Origin: Gammaproteobacteria bacterium
Lineage (GTDB): Bacteria > Pseudomonadota > Gammaproteobacteria > Methylococcales > Methylococcaceae
Assembly (NCBI GenBank): GCA_009922685.1
Contig: RFVA01000002.1
Coordinates: forward strand, 18,215 to 82,214
DNA: 64,000 nucleotides
Reading direction: 5' to 3'
Positions 28,963 through 37,975 of this stretch are shown piece after piece. The translations under genes were made by a program, and so were the position numbers. Every line of letters starts with the position of its first letter. Within the stretch, counting starts at the first letter, position 1. Below the pieces are notes generated by a model. The model was not told the DNA's origin and searched no databases. It saw only the letters and a program-made list of their open reading frames with translations.

Positions 28963-29345
28963 TGCCTAGAGAGTTTAGTCGCAGTGATCGGGTCGCCTCG
29001 CAGATCCAGCGGGAAATGGCAGACATCCTCAGAACCCATGTCAAGGACCCGGAGCTTGGCATGATCACGGTGAGTGATGTTGAACTGAGTCGCGATCTCG
29101 CTGTTGCCAAGCTTTATGTCAGTTTTCTGGCGGCCAAATTACCGGTCAAGGAAGCCATTAAGCGATTGATGAATGATGTTCCGGAACTTCGACGTGAGCT
29201 TGGCAAAAGAATTAGGATCAGGGTTTTGCCTGAAATCAGGTTTACCTACGATGATTCCATAGAGAGAGGAATGCACATGGATGCCCTCCTTAAGGGCCTT
29301 CATGAGGAACCCACGCTCCTGTTGGATGATGATCGAGAGGAATGA
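28962..29345 (+). CDS. rbfA: 30S ribosome-binding factor RbfA
   Basis: [56 protein letters not shown]. The start overlaps the infB stop (TGATG). Confidence 0.95.
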   Translation: MPREFSRSDRVASQIQREMADILRTHVKDPELGMITVSDVELSRDLAVAKLYVSFLAAKLPVKEAIKRLMNDVPELRRELGKRIRIRVLPEIRFTYDDSIERGMHMDALLKGLHEEPTLLLDDDREE

Positions 29346-30322
29346 GTCAATTTCGTTCAAAGCGCCGCCCCATCCATGGGGTTTTCTTGCTGGATAAAGC
29401 CAGTGGTTATTCCTCGAACGCTTCCCTTCAGAAGGTCAAACGACTTTTTAACGCCCAGAAGGCGGGTCATACCGGAAGTCTTGATCCTATCGCCAGCGGT
29501 CTTTTGCCTATTTGTCTCGGGGAAGCCACAAAGCTCTCGAGTTATCTCCTTCATTCTGATAAGCGATATGTAGTGAAGATAAGGCTCGGGATTGAAACGG
29601 ACACCGCGGACATCGAAGGGGCGGTGATCAGTGAAGCTCCGGTCCCACCGCTAACAGCCACCCTGATCGATGAGGTCCTGACGCCTTTTAGGGGAGAAAT
29701 TACCCAGGTGCCGCCGATGTATTCGGCGCTGAAACATCAGGGGCAAAGACTCTACGATCTGGCTCGAAAAGGGGTTGAGATTGAGCGTGAGCCTCGCCCC
29801 ATTACCATTTACGAGCTCCTCCTCAAGGACTTTGATGACAGTTCTTTAGATCTTGAAGTTCATTGCTCTAAGGGGACCTATATTCGTTCACTGGCCCAGG
29901 ATATTGGTCGCGCGCTCGGCTGTGGGGGGCATGTTGAAGTGTTGAGAAGGACTGCTGTGGGCGATCTCCTTCTTGAAAACGCCACCACGGTGGACGTCCT
30001 TGAGGCGTTGGAGGGTCCTCTTCGAGAGGCTTCCCTTCAGCCCATGGATGGTTTGGTAGCCCATTTCCCCCGGGTAGACCTCAATGATTCATTGAGTGTG
30101 CTGGTCCGCCAAGGAAACCCTGTTTTTGTCGCTCAGGCGCCGACCTCCGGGTGGGTCCGCCTCTATGGCTTAGGGCTTGGATTTATAGGGCTTGGGGAAG
30201 TGCTGGACGATGGCCGGGTGGGACCGAGAAGGATCCTTCAGTTGGAGATTCCGTCGGCTTCTCGCATTGAAGCGGGGAGCGATGAGGTCGCCCAAGAGCC
30301 TCTTGCGAGCGATGTGATGTGA
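29342..30322 (+). CDS. truB: tRNA pseudouridine(55) synthase TruB
   Basis: [52 protein letters not shown] carries the catalytic Asp in GHTGSLDP. The start overlaps the rbfA stop. Confidence 0.95.
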   Translation: MSQFRSKRRPIHGVFLLDKASGYSSNASLQKVKRLFNAQKAGHTGSLDPIASGLLPICLGEATKLSSYLLHSDKRYVVKIRLGIETDTADIEGAVISEAPVPPLTATLIDEVLTPFRGEITQVPPMYSALKHQGQRLYDLARKGVEIEREPRPITIYELLLKDFDDSSLDLEVHCSKGTYIRSLAQDIGRALGCGGHVEVLRRTAVGDLLLENATTVDVLEALEGPLREASLQPMDGLVAHFPRVDLNDSLSVLVRQGNPVFVAQAPTSGWVRLYGLGLGFIGLGEVLDDGRVGPRRILQLEIPSASRIEAGSDEVAQEPLASDVM

Positions 30323-30397
30323 TCCCGTTTGATAACGGGGTCATAGAAAGTTAAAATGGTTTGTTTAGTAGAAGTCAGAGTTTTTAGGAGTCGAAAA

Positions 30398-30667
30398 ATG
30401 CCTTATACCGCCACCGAAAAAAGTGCCGTTGTACAAGATTATCAACGTGCCGCGAATGATACCGGGTCCCCTGAAGTGCAAGTTGCGCTTTTGACTGCGC
30501 GCATCAATCACTTAACCCCACATTTTGTCGTGAACAAGAAGGATCACCATTCCCGTCGTGGCCTTCTGCGCCTGGTTAACCAGCGCCGCAAATTGCTCGA
30601 CTACCTGAAGGGAAAGGATGTTGATCGCTACAAGAGCTTGATCGAGAGACTGGGCCTGCGTCGCTAA
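30398..30667 (+). CDS. rpsO: 30S ribosomal protein S15
   Basis: [43 protein letters not shown]...[22 protein letters not shown], 89 aa. AGGAG lies upstream of ATG 30398. The track's 14-aa extension is rejected. Confidence 0.97.
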   Translation: MPYTATEKSAVVQDYQRAANDTGSPEVQVALLTARINHLTPHFVVNKKDHHSRRGLLRLVNQRRKLLDYLKGKDVDRYKSLIERLGLRR

Positions 30668-30690
30668 TCCTGAACCTTGAGAGGTTTGTT

Positions 30691-32775
30691 GTGAATCCAA
30701 TCCGGAAACAGTTCAAGTACGGCGATCACGTCGTCACCCTGGAAACAGGCGAAATTGCTCGTCAGGCCGATGCGGCCGTGATGGTTGATATGGGTGGTAC
30801 CGTGGTTCTTGTGACCGCGGTCGGCAAGCGCGAAGCATCGCCTGATACCGACTTCTTCCCTTTGCGTGTGGACTATCAGGAGAAGGCCTACGCTGCGGGC
30901 AAGATTCCTGGTGGATTCTTCAAGCGTGAAGGTCGTCCAGCAGAAAAGGAGACACTGACGGCGCGTCTTATTGACCGTCCTGTGCGCCCGCTGTTCCCCG
31001 AAGGATTTAATCACGACGTTCAGATCACCGCGACCGTGATGTCCCTGAACCCTGAAATTGATCCCGATATTCCAGCGCTTCTTGGTGCTTCGGCCGCACT
31101 GACCCTCTCTGGGATGCCCTTTAAGGGTCCGATTGGTGCAGCGCGTGTTGGCTTTATCGATGAGCAGTACGTCCTCAACCCGACCGCCACCGAGCTAGAT
31201 GACTCCCTACTCGATTTGGTCGTCGCGGGCACCAGCAACGCGGTCTTGATGGTGGAATCTGAGGCGGACATGCTTTCTGAGGATGAAATGCTGGGCGCCG
31301 TCGTCTATGGTCACGAGCAGATGCAGGTTGCTATCCAAGCGATTCGTGAGCTGGCGGATGAAGTCGGTGTTAATCACTGGGAATGGGTGGCCCCCGTTCA
31401 TGATGAAAGCCTTGTCAAGGCGGTGGCCCATCATGCCGAAGAGGCGATCAAGGTCGCCTATCAGATTGCCGATAAGCAACAGCGTCAGAACGCATTGAAA
31501 GTCGCTCGCACTCAGACGGTCGAAGCCTTAACCGCGGATGGTTTTCATACCGCCAAGGTCGTTAAGACGCTGATCGAGGATCTCGAATATAACAGTGTTC
31601 GTGCCCGTATCCTTTTAGAATCCAAGCGGATTGATGGTCGGGACCTTTCAACCGTCCGTCCAATTACCATTCGGACCGGTGTTCTGCCTCGGACCCATGG
31701 TTCGGCCCTTTTTACCCGGGGTGAAACGCAGGCGCTGGTGGTCGCAACCCTTGGAACCGGCCGGGATGCCCAGTTGATTGATGCGATCGAAGGGGAATAT
31801 AAGGAAACCTTCCTCTTCCATTACAACTTCCCTCCCTACTGTGTGGGCGAAATCGGCATGATGGGTTCTCCTAAGCGTCGTGAAGTTGGCCATGGGCGGC
31901 TCGCAAAGCGCGGTGTTCAGGCCGTCATGCCTGATCAAGAGGAATTCCCTTACGTCGTCCGAGTTGTTTCTGAAATCACCGAGTCCAATGGCTCGAGCTC
32001 CATGGCTTCGGTGTGTGGTTCAAGCCTTGCTTTGATGGATGCCGGTGTTCCGACGCTGGCGCCGGTCGCAGGCATTGCGATGGGTCTGATCAAAGAAGGT
32101 GATCAATTTGCGGTCCTTTCAGACATCATGGGTGACGAAGATCATCTGGGTGATATGGACTTTAAGGTAGCGGGCAGCGAAGACGGTATCACCGCCTTGC
32201 AGATGGATATCAAGATTGATGGCATCACCGCTGAAATCATGCGAAAAGCCTTGGAGCAGGCCAAAGCCGGTCGTCTCCACATTCTCGGTAAGATGGCTGA
32301 GGTGCTCTCGGCACCCAGACAGCAAATGTCCGATTTTGCGCCACGGATCGTCAGCTTTAGTATTGACCCCAGCAAGATTCGCGATGTCATCGGCAAAGGC
32401 GGTGCAACCATCAGGGCCATCACCGAGGAGACCGGTGCCAGTATTGATATTACCGATGACGGTGTCGTCAAGGTGGCTTCGGTTGATCGTGAGGCGGGTG
32501 ATGAGGCGCGCCGCCGGATTGAAGCCATTACGGCGGAAGTCGAGGTGGGTAAGATCTACGAAGGCCGCGTTGCGCGCCTGATGGATTTTGGTGCTTTTGT
32601 GACGGTTCTGCCAGGCAAAGACGGGTTGGTGCATATTTCTCAGATCTCTGACGAGCACGTGGAGAAAGTGAGCGATAAACTCGCTGAAGGTGACATCGTT
32701 CGAGTCAAGGTCTTAGAGATTGATCGCCAGGGGCGTGTACGTCTCAGCATGAAGGCCATTGAAGAAGACGAATAA
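30691..32775 (+). CDS. pnp: Polyribonucleotide nucleotidyltransferase (PNPase)
   Basis: (V)[29 protein letters not shown]... aligns with the E. coli N-terminus [27 protein letters not shown]. Two RNase PH domains, then KH and S1 at the C-terminus. The GTG start has GAGAGG 6 nt upstream. Confidence 0.97.
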   Translation: MNPIRKQFKYGDHVVTLETGEIARQADAAVMVDMGGTVVLVTAVGKREASPDTDFFPLRVDYQEKAYAAGKIPGGFFKREGRPAEKETLTARLIDRPVRPLFPEGFNHDVQITATVMSLNPEIDPDIPALLGASAALTLSGMPFKGPIGAARVGFIDEQYVLNPTATELDDSLLDLVVAGTSNAVLMVESEADMLSEDEMLGAVVYGHEQMQVAIQAIRELADEVGVNHWEWVAPVHDESLVKAVAHHAEEAIKVAYQIADKQQRQNALKVARTQTVEALTADGFHTAKVVKTLIEDLEYNSVRARILLESKRIDGRDLSTVRPITIRTGVLPRTHGSALFTRGETQALVVATLGTGRDAQLIDAIEGEYKETFLFHYNFPPYCVGEIGMMGSPKRREVGHGRLAKRGVQAVMPDQEEFPYVVRVVSEITESNGSSSMASVCGSSLALMDAGVPTLAPVAGIAMGLIKEGDQFAVLSDIMGDEDHLGDMDFKVAGSEDGITALQMDIKIDGITAEIMRKALEQAKAGRLHILGKMAEVLSAPRQQMSDFAPRIVSFSIDPSKIRDVIGKGGATIRAITEETGASIDITDDGVVKVASVDREAGDEARRRIEAITAEVEVGKIYEGRVARLMDFGAFVTVLPGKDGLVHISQISDEHVEKVSDKLAEGDIVRVKVLEIDRQGRVRLSMKAIEEDE

Positions 32776-32795
32776 GACCGCCTCATCGCGGTGCT

Positions 32796-32825
32796 AAAAA
32801 AAGGGGCCATTTGGCCCCTTTTTTA
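32796..32825. terminator. Bidirectional rho-independent terminator between convergent pnp and epmB
   Basis: aaaaaaaGGGGCCatttGGCCCCtttttt: a symmetric A-tract, stem and T-tract. It abuts the epmB stop at 32826. Confidence 0.85.
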
Positions 32826-33815
32826 TCATCCGATCAACGGGGTTTTAGAGGGCGCCCCTTTTTCCTCGCGGACCATTTTGGGGACGAGGTAGCCTGGTAG
32901 TCGTGACAAGAGGGCCTCATAGATCGCTTTGGCTTTTCTTTCCTCGACCTCGAAATGCTGTGTCCCTTGGGCGCGATCTAGAAGGTGGAGGTAATAGGGA
33001 AGCACCCCCACCTCAAAAAGACGGTGACTCAAGTGACTTAGGAGATCAGCGTCATCGTTGATACCCTTAAGGAGGACGGTTTGATTGAGTAGCGTGATGC
33101 CTTGAAGGCTCAGAGCCTCAAGGGCTTGGTGAACCTCATCATTAATTTCATTGGGGTGATTGGAGTGAATCACCACAATGACCTTAAGGCGTGTCTTTTG
33201 AAGAATCGCTAGTAATTCTTGATCGATTCTCGAAGGGAGAACGATCGGAAGTCGGGTGTGGAGTCTCAGGCGCTCAATGCTTGGAATCGCTGCGATGGCC
33301 GTAACGAGGGTTCTTAGGCGTTCGTTGCTAAGGACCAAGGGATCCCCGCCACTTAAGATGACCTCCGAAATGGAAGGATCCTCTTTTATTCTCTCAAGAC
33401 TTAAGGATTCGCGACGTTTTGCGAGCTGTTGCTCCTGATAAGGGAAATTTCGGCGAAAGCAGTAACGACAATGAATGGCGCAGGCACCCGTGGTGATCAA
33501 GAGGACACGCCCCTGGTACTTATGGAGGAGGCCAGGCTCTTCGATGGCGTCAAGATCGCCCACAGGGTCTAGATGAAATCCAGGCGCCATCTTGGCTTCC
33601 TCGATGCTGGGAAGCACTTGCCTAAGCAGGGGATCTCTTGGATCTCCCAGCTTCATTCTGGCCGCAAAGGATCGGGTGACTTTGAACGCGAAGTCGTTCC
33701 GAAGCGCTATCTTCTCCGGTAAGTCATTGGGATCGATGCCAAGGTCTTTTAAAAGGGTGAGGGGATCGATATAGGCATCGGCCAATTGGGCCTGCCAGGT
33801 ATTTGACATGATCAT
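32826..33815 (-). CDS. epmB: EF-P beta-lysylation protein EpmB (lysine 2,3-aminomutase-like radical SAM, YjeK)
   Basis: LLITTGACAIHCRYCFRRNF is the CxxxCxxC motif of the KamA family. The gene is divergent from efp, as in E. coli. Confidence 0.9.
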   Translation of the reverse strand: MIMSNTWQAQLADAYIDPLTLLKDLGIDPNDLPEKIALRNDFAFKVTRSFAARMKLGDPRDPLLRQVLPSIEEAKMAPGFHLDPVGDLDAIEEPGLLHKYQGRVLLITTGACAIHCRYCFRRNFPYQEQQLAKRRESLSLERIKEDPSISEVILSGGDPLVLSNERLRTLVTAIAAIPSIERLRLHTRLPIVLPSRIDQELLAILQKTRLKVIVVIHSNHPNEINDEVHQALEALSLQGITLLNQTVLLKGINDDADLLSHLSHRLFEVGVLPYYLHLLDRAQGTQHFEVEERKAKAIYEALLSRLPGYLVPKMVREEKGAPSKTPLIG

Positions 33816-33926
33816 CGAGCGTTTCTAAAGGCCACCTAGGGGACTTAAAAGCCTTAGGTTATCAAAGCGGGCAACAGTCCATTATAATGCCATGTTTATT
33901 CAGGCACATCATAGCTAGAGGCACGA

Positions 33927-34493
33927 ATGGCGACAGTCAGCACCAGTGATTTCAAGGGCGGCATGAAGTTGATGATGGATGGTGAACCCTACAACATCCT
34001 CGAAAATGAATTCGTCAAACCAGGGAAGGGTCAGGCCTTTAACCGCGTCAAGTTAAGGAACCTCAAGACCGGCCGCGTGCTTGAGCGGACCTTCAAGTCC
34101 GGTGAAACCTTTGAAACGGCCGACGTGGTCGATACCGATATGCAGTATCTCTATAACGATGGTGAGCTGTGGCACTTCATGGTTGTTGAGACGTTTGAGC
34201 AGTATGGTGCCGATGAAGCCGCGGTTGCTGATGCCAAGAAGTGGCTGAAGGAGCAGGATATTTGCCAAGTGACGCTGTATAACGGGGTGCCGATTGGGGT
34301 GGCGCCACCGAATTTTGTTGAACTCAAAATTACCGAAACCGATCCCGGGGTTCGTGGTGATACCTCAGGCGGTGGCGGCAAGCCAGCCACACTTGAAACC
34401 GGGGCTGTGGTCCGCGTGCCTCTCTTTATCGGGATTGATGAGGTCATAAAGGTCGATACCCGGACAGGCGAATACGTCTCACGCGTCAAGTAA
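33927..34493 (+). CDS. efp: Elongation factor P
   Basis: [50 protein letters not shown] carries the lysylatable Lys in the KPGKGQA loop. 188 aa. Confidence 0.97.
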   Translation: MATVSTSDFKGGMKLMMDGEPYNILENEFVKPGKGQAFNRVKLRNLKTGRVLERTFKSGETFETADVVDTDMQYLYNDGELWHFMVVETFEQYGADEAAVADAKKWLKEQDICQVTLYNGVPIGVAPPNFVELKITETDPGVRGDTSGGGGKPATLETGAVVRVPLFIGIDEVIKVDTRTGEYVSRVK

Positions 34494-34550
34494 GCGCCTA
34501 CTCCGTGATGATCAAGGTGCGAGGTTTAGATCTCGCACCGACCCTCCCTC

Positions 34551-35549
34551 ATGAAAGACTCAATGCCCTCCTTGTGGGCGCCTTCAAGCCCGCTCTCAGC
34601 CATCAGGATGAGGGCTCGTGTCAATCGCGCTATCCGCGAATTCTTTGAGGACCGCGGCGTTCTCGAGGTAGAAACCCCCTTGCTATCTCGGGGAACGGTG
34701 ACGGACCCAGGCATCACCCCTTTTATCACCGCGTACCACCGCCCAGGATCCCCGCATTCAGAGGATCTCTACCTACAGACCTCGCCTGAATTCGCCATGA
34801 AGCGGCTGCTAGCCGCAGGTTCTGGATCGATTTATCAGATGTCCAAAGCCTTTCGGAATGAAGAGCAGGGCCGTTACCATAATCCGGAGTTCACCTTGCT
34901 CGAATGGTATCGGGTGGACTTTGATTTGGATCAATTGCTGGATGAAGTCGAGGCACTGATCTTGATGCTGGCGGCATCCCTTGGGAAAGGCCTGACCTCG
35001 AGACGAATCAGTTATCAGGCGCTCTTTCTAGAAAGACTTGAATGTGACCCTCTTATATCCTCACACCATGAATTTCAGGCCAAGGCTAAGGCGTTGGGTC
35101 TTCCTGAGGCATCGCATCTTTGCGGTGAAGATCGTGCGAGCTGGTTGGATCTTTTGTTCGGTCATTTCATCCAACCTGATCTTGGCCGGGAGGCATTGAC
35201 GATCGTAACCGATTACCCGGCTATTCTTCCCTCCCTCGCTAGAGCGTGCCCCCATGATCCTCATTACGTCGAGCGGTCAGAGCTTTTTCTCGGGGGGATG
35301 GAGCTTGGCAATGGGTTTCACGAATTGAGAGATCCCAAAGAGCAGCGTCAGCGGTTTGAAAGAGACCTTGAGCGACGAAAGCTTCATGGTCAGGTCATTC
35401 CGTCCATGGATGAACGGCTTTTGGACGCGCTGGGTGTTGGATTGCCAGCCTGTTCCGGTATGGCTATCGGATTGGACCGTCTACTAATGGCTCTGATCGG
35501 ATCGAGCTCCCTCGAGGAGGTTATAGGATTCCCGATCGAGAGAGCCTGA
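34551..35549 (+). CDS. epmA: EF-P--(R)-beta-lysine ligase EpmA (PoxA/GenX, LysRS class II paralog)
   Basis: IREFFEDRGVLEVETPLLSRGTVTDPGITPF...FRNEEQGRYHNPEFTLLEWY...ELGNGFHELRDPKEQRQRFE...CSGMAIGLDRLLM aligns along its length with E. coli EpmA as I recall it. The start is uncertain (34551 or ATG 34563). Confidence 0.92.
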   Translation: MKDSMPSLWAPSSPLSAIRMRARVNRAIREFFEDRGVLEVETPLLSRGTVTDPGITPFITAYHRPGSPHSEDLYLQTSPEFAMKRLLAAGSGSIYQMSKAFRNEEQGRYHNPEFTLLEWYRVDFDLDQLLDEVEALILMLAASLGKGLTSRRISYQALFLERLECDPLISSHHEFQAKAKALGLPEASHLCGEDRASWLDLLFGHFIQPDLGREALTIVTDYPAILPSLARACPHDPHYVERSELFLGGMELGNGFHELRDPKEQRQRFERDLERRKLHGQVIPSMDERLLDALGVGLPACSGMAIGLDRLLMALIGSSSLEEVIGFPIERA

Positions 35550-35583
35550 CCCAGGGAGCTGCCGGCTTTATCGTCCTTTCTGC

Positions 35584-35611
35584 TTCCAAGGAGCCCGATT
35601 TACTCTATAAT
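35584..35611 (+). promoter_or_regulatory. Possible sigma70 promoter for tRNA-Ser
   Basis: A perfect TATAAT at 35606..35611 ends 12 nt before the mature tRNA 5' end. A weak -35-like TTCCAA lies 16 nt upstream. Confidence 0.4.
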
Positions 35612-35623
35612 GGTCGGCTTGCT

Positions 35624-35711
35624 GGAGAGGTGGCCGAGTGGTCGAAGGCGCACGACTGGAAATCGTGTATACGGCAACGTATCGAGGGTTCGAATCCCTC
35701 TCTCTCCGCCA
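35624..35711 (+). tRNA. tRNA-Ser (anticodon GGA), CCA encoded
   Basis: Hand-folded cloverleaf. Acceptor GGAGAGG/TCTCTCC, with a G-U at the last pair. D-arm GCC-GAGTGGTCGAA-GGC. Anticodon stem CACGA/TCGTG with loop CT-GGA-AA. Long variable arm TATACGGCAACGTATC. T-arm GAGGG-TTCGAAT-CCCTC. Discriminator G plus CCA. Confidence 0.93.
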
Positions 35712-36000
35712 GTACAAAGCCACACACTGGATCGTTAGACCCAAAGGCAGCCTCAGGCCACGCATCACGCGGTGGCTTTTCTTATGGCTCCCTGTCCCAA
35801 TGGCGGCCAATAGAAGTCGTCTCAAACCCCGTTTTTCCTCAAAATATCAAGACTCTTTTCGGAATCGGGTACCCGTCCTAAATGAGTGGGTTGGGGCGCA
35901 AACAGGATGCGGCTTGAACCTTTTGATGGCCTTTCAAGGCTTAGTGATCATGATGGATGATGGCTAAAGTTCTTTCGTTGAAGAAGAGCGAACGCTTGAA

Positions 36001-37839
36001 TTACCGTCCTCTTTGAAAAAGTCCATCCAATTCCTTCAGTGTTAATTGAATCCAGGTCGGCCGGCCATGATTACACTGGCCGCTTCGCTCCGTTTGCTCC
36101 ATATCTCTAAGAAGCGCATTCATCTCCAAAGTGGTCAGCGGGCGATGTGCTCTGACCGAGCCATGACAGGCGAGGCTTCCAAGAAGGGCGTTAAAGGTCT
36201 CTTCCATGCGACGAGATTGTCCATCTTCCTTCAGATCGGCTAAGACATCGCGGATCAACTGCTCTGCAGGACCTTGAGATAGGGCGGCCGGAAGGGCCCT
36301 GACCAACAGCGTCGTCGGAGACACCCGGCTAAGATCAACACCAAACTCAAGGAGCATTTCAAAATACTCGCCGGCGATCTCTGCTTCCTGTTCAGTGACC
36401 TCGATCCGAATCGGGAGTAACAGCGGCTGGCTCGGAATATTTCCGCTAGCACGCTGTTGCTTTAATTTTTCATAAGTGACCCGCTCATGAGCGGCATGGG
36501 CATCGACGAGGATGAGTCCCTTCTCATTCTGAGCGAGGATAAAGGCGCCGTGAAGGTGGGCCAGAGCAAAACCAAGCGGCGCTGAAGCGTTGGGTTGATC
36601 GGCGGGTTCTATAGCCTTTAAACGATGACCACTCAGCAGATGGCCATAGGTTTCGACTAATTGATCCACCGGCAGTGGAAGGGTCGTCTGGCGAAATGGG
36701 TTCGTTGAATTCCCCATCGAAAAAGCGGTGGTCCCTGATGCTGATGTCGACGTGCTGGTTGGCCTATCATACGATGAAAAAGCGGAACCCTCCTGAATCT
36801 TCAAGCTTTCGGCGCTGGCTGAGGCTAAGCTTAAACCCGCCATGGATTGCCCGAGGGCTTTATGGATGGAGCGAAAGATGAAGTCGTGAACCATCCTTGA
36901 CTCCCGAAACCGGACCTCCATCTTGGTCGGGTGGGCGTTCACATCGACCAGCTGGGGATCGATTTCAAGATAGAGTACATAGAGGGGGTGACGGCCGTGG
37001 TAGAGGACGTCCTGGTAGGCCTGTCGCATCGCGACGTTGATCAGTTTGTCACGCACGAGGCGTCCATTGACATAGAAGAACTGCTGGTCCTGTTGGCTTC
37101 TCGAAAACGTCGGGAGGCTCACCCAGCCATGGAGGCGGAGTCCTGATGCGGTCATATCAAGAGGAAGACTTTGTTCCAGAAAGTCATTCCCAAGAAGCAT
37201 GGTCAGCCGCTGATCAACGTCGCGGGCATCGAGAGAAGGCTTTAAACGGAGAATTTCCCGCTGGTTATGGGTGAGGGTGATACCCACATCGAGTCGTGCG
37301 AGCGACATGCGGCGAATCAGGGTGTCGATGTGCTGGAATTCGGTTTTTTCAGACTTCAGGAATTTCCGTCGGGCGGGGGTGTTGTAAAACAGATCCCGAA
37401 CTTCCACCGTGCTCCCCTCAGGGTGGGCCGCAGGGCGCACGTCAAAGAAGGTTTCGGCGCCATCCGTACTGACTTGCCAGGCGTTAGGTTCGCCGCGCTG
37501 CCTTGACGTTAGGATCAGTCTTGAAACCGAACTGATGCTTGGGAGTGCCTCACCTCGGAACCCCATGGTGGCAACTTGTTCCAGATCTTCAAGGCTGCTG
37601 ATTTTGCTGGTGGCATGGCGCGATAGGGCTAGCGTCAACTCGTCCTTGGCGATCCCACTCCCGTTGTCTCTCACCCGAAGGAGTCCTAGGCCGCCTTGTT
37701 CTATATCGACTTCAATGCGGTCTGAACCGGCGTCAAAGGCGTTCTCTACCAATTCCTTGACAGCGGATGCTGGTCGTTCAACGACCTCACCAGCGGCGAT
37801 TTGATTAATGAGCTGGGGGGGGAGGGTTCGAATAGCCAT
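36001..37839 (-). CDS. mutL: DNA mismatch repair endonuclease MutL
   Basis: MAIRTLPPQLINQIAAGEVVERPASAVKELVENAFDAGSDRIEVDIEQGG is the GHKL ATPase N-terminus. The C-terminal dimerisation domain ends CNHGRPTWIQLTLKELDGLFQRGR. Confidence 0.96.
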   Translation of the reverse strand: MAIRTLPPQLINQIAAGEVVERPASAVKELVENAFDAGSDRIEVDIEQGGLGLLRVRDNGSGIAKDELTLALSRHATSKISSLEDLEQVATMGFRGEALPSISSVSRLILTSRQRGEPNAWQVSTDGAETFFDVRPAAHPEGSTVEVRDLFYNTPARRKFLKSEKTEFQHIDTLIRRMSLARLDVGITLTHNQREILRLKPSLDARDVDQRLTMLLGNDFLEQSLPLDMTASGLRLHGWVSLPTFSRSQQDQQFFYVNGRLVRDKLINVAMRQAYQDVLYHGRHPLYVLYLEIDPQLVDVNAHPTKMEVRFRESRMVHDFIFRSIHKALGQSMAGLSLASASAESLKIQEGSAFSSYDRPTSTSTSASGTTAFSMGNSTNPFRQTTLPLPVDQLVETYGHLLSGHRLKAIEPADQPNASAPLGFALAHLHGAFILAQNEKGLILVDAHAAHERVTYEKLKQQRASGNIPSQPLLLPIRIEVTEQEAEIAGEYFEMLLEFGVDLSRVSPTTLLVRALPAALSQGPAEQLIRDVLADLKEDGQSRRMEETFNALLGSLACHGSVRAHRPLTTLEMNALLRDMEQTERSGQCNHGRPTWIQLTLKELDGLFQRGR

Positions 37840-37975
37840 ACGCTAAGAAGCAGAAGAGGGATGAGGGGGTATTGTGACGCAGGCCTTGAAGCCTTACAAA
37901 GCGTTCAGTTCGAAATTATTTCCTTTACAGGTGGGGATCTGCCCCTTAAATTTCCCCTATTAGACGTCATTTATC

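Noticed and set aside
15094-32825. Near-identical terminators at 15094..15122 and 32796..32825 (A-tract GGGGCC-loop-GGCCCC T-tract) as a possible repeat-element (REP/MITE) family.
   Set aside because: Only the 6-bp stem and the homopolymer tracts are shared, which is what any strong bidirectional terminator looks like. The flanks are not similar.
35568-35967. Three overlapping track ORFs (35568..35825 minus, 35630..35881 plus, 35638..35967 plus).
   Set aside because: They overlap the well-folded tRNA-Ser gene and each other, and none has coding-like sequence.
35624-36000. A genomic island or prophage integrated at tRNA-Ser.
   Set aside because: No integrase, no att-like repeat of the tRNA 3' end and no compositional break. 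mutL follows after only 289 bp.
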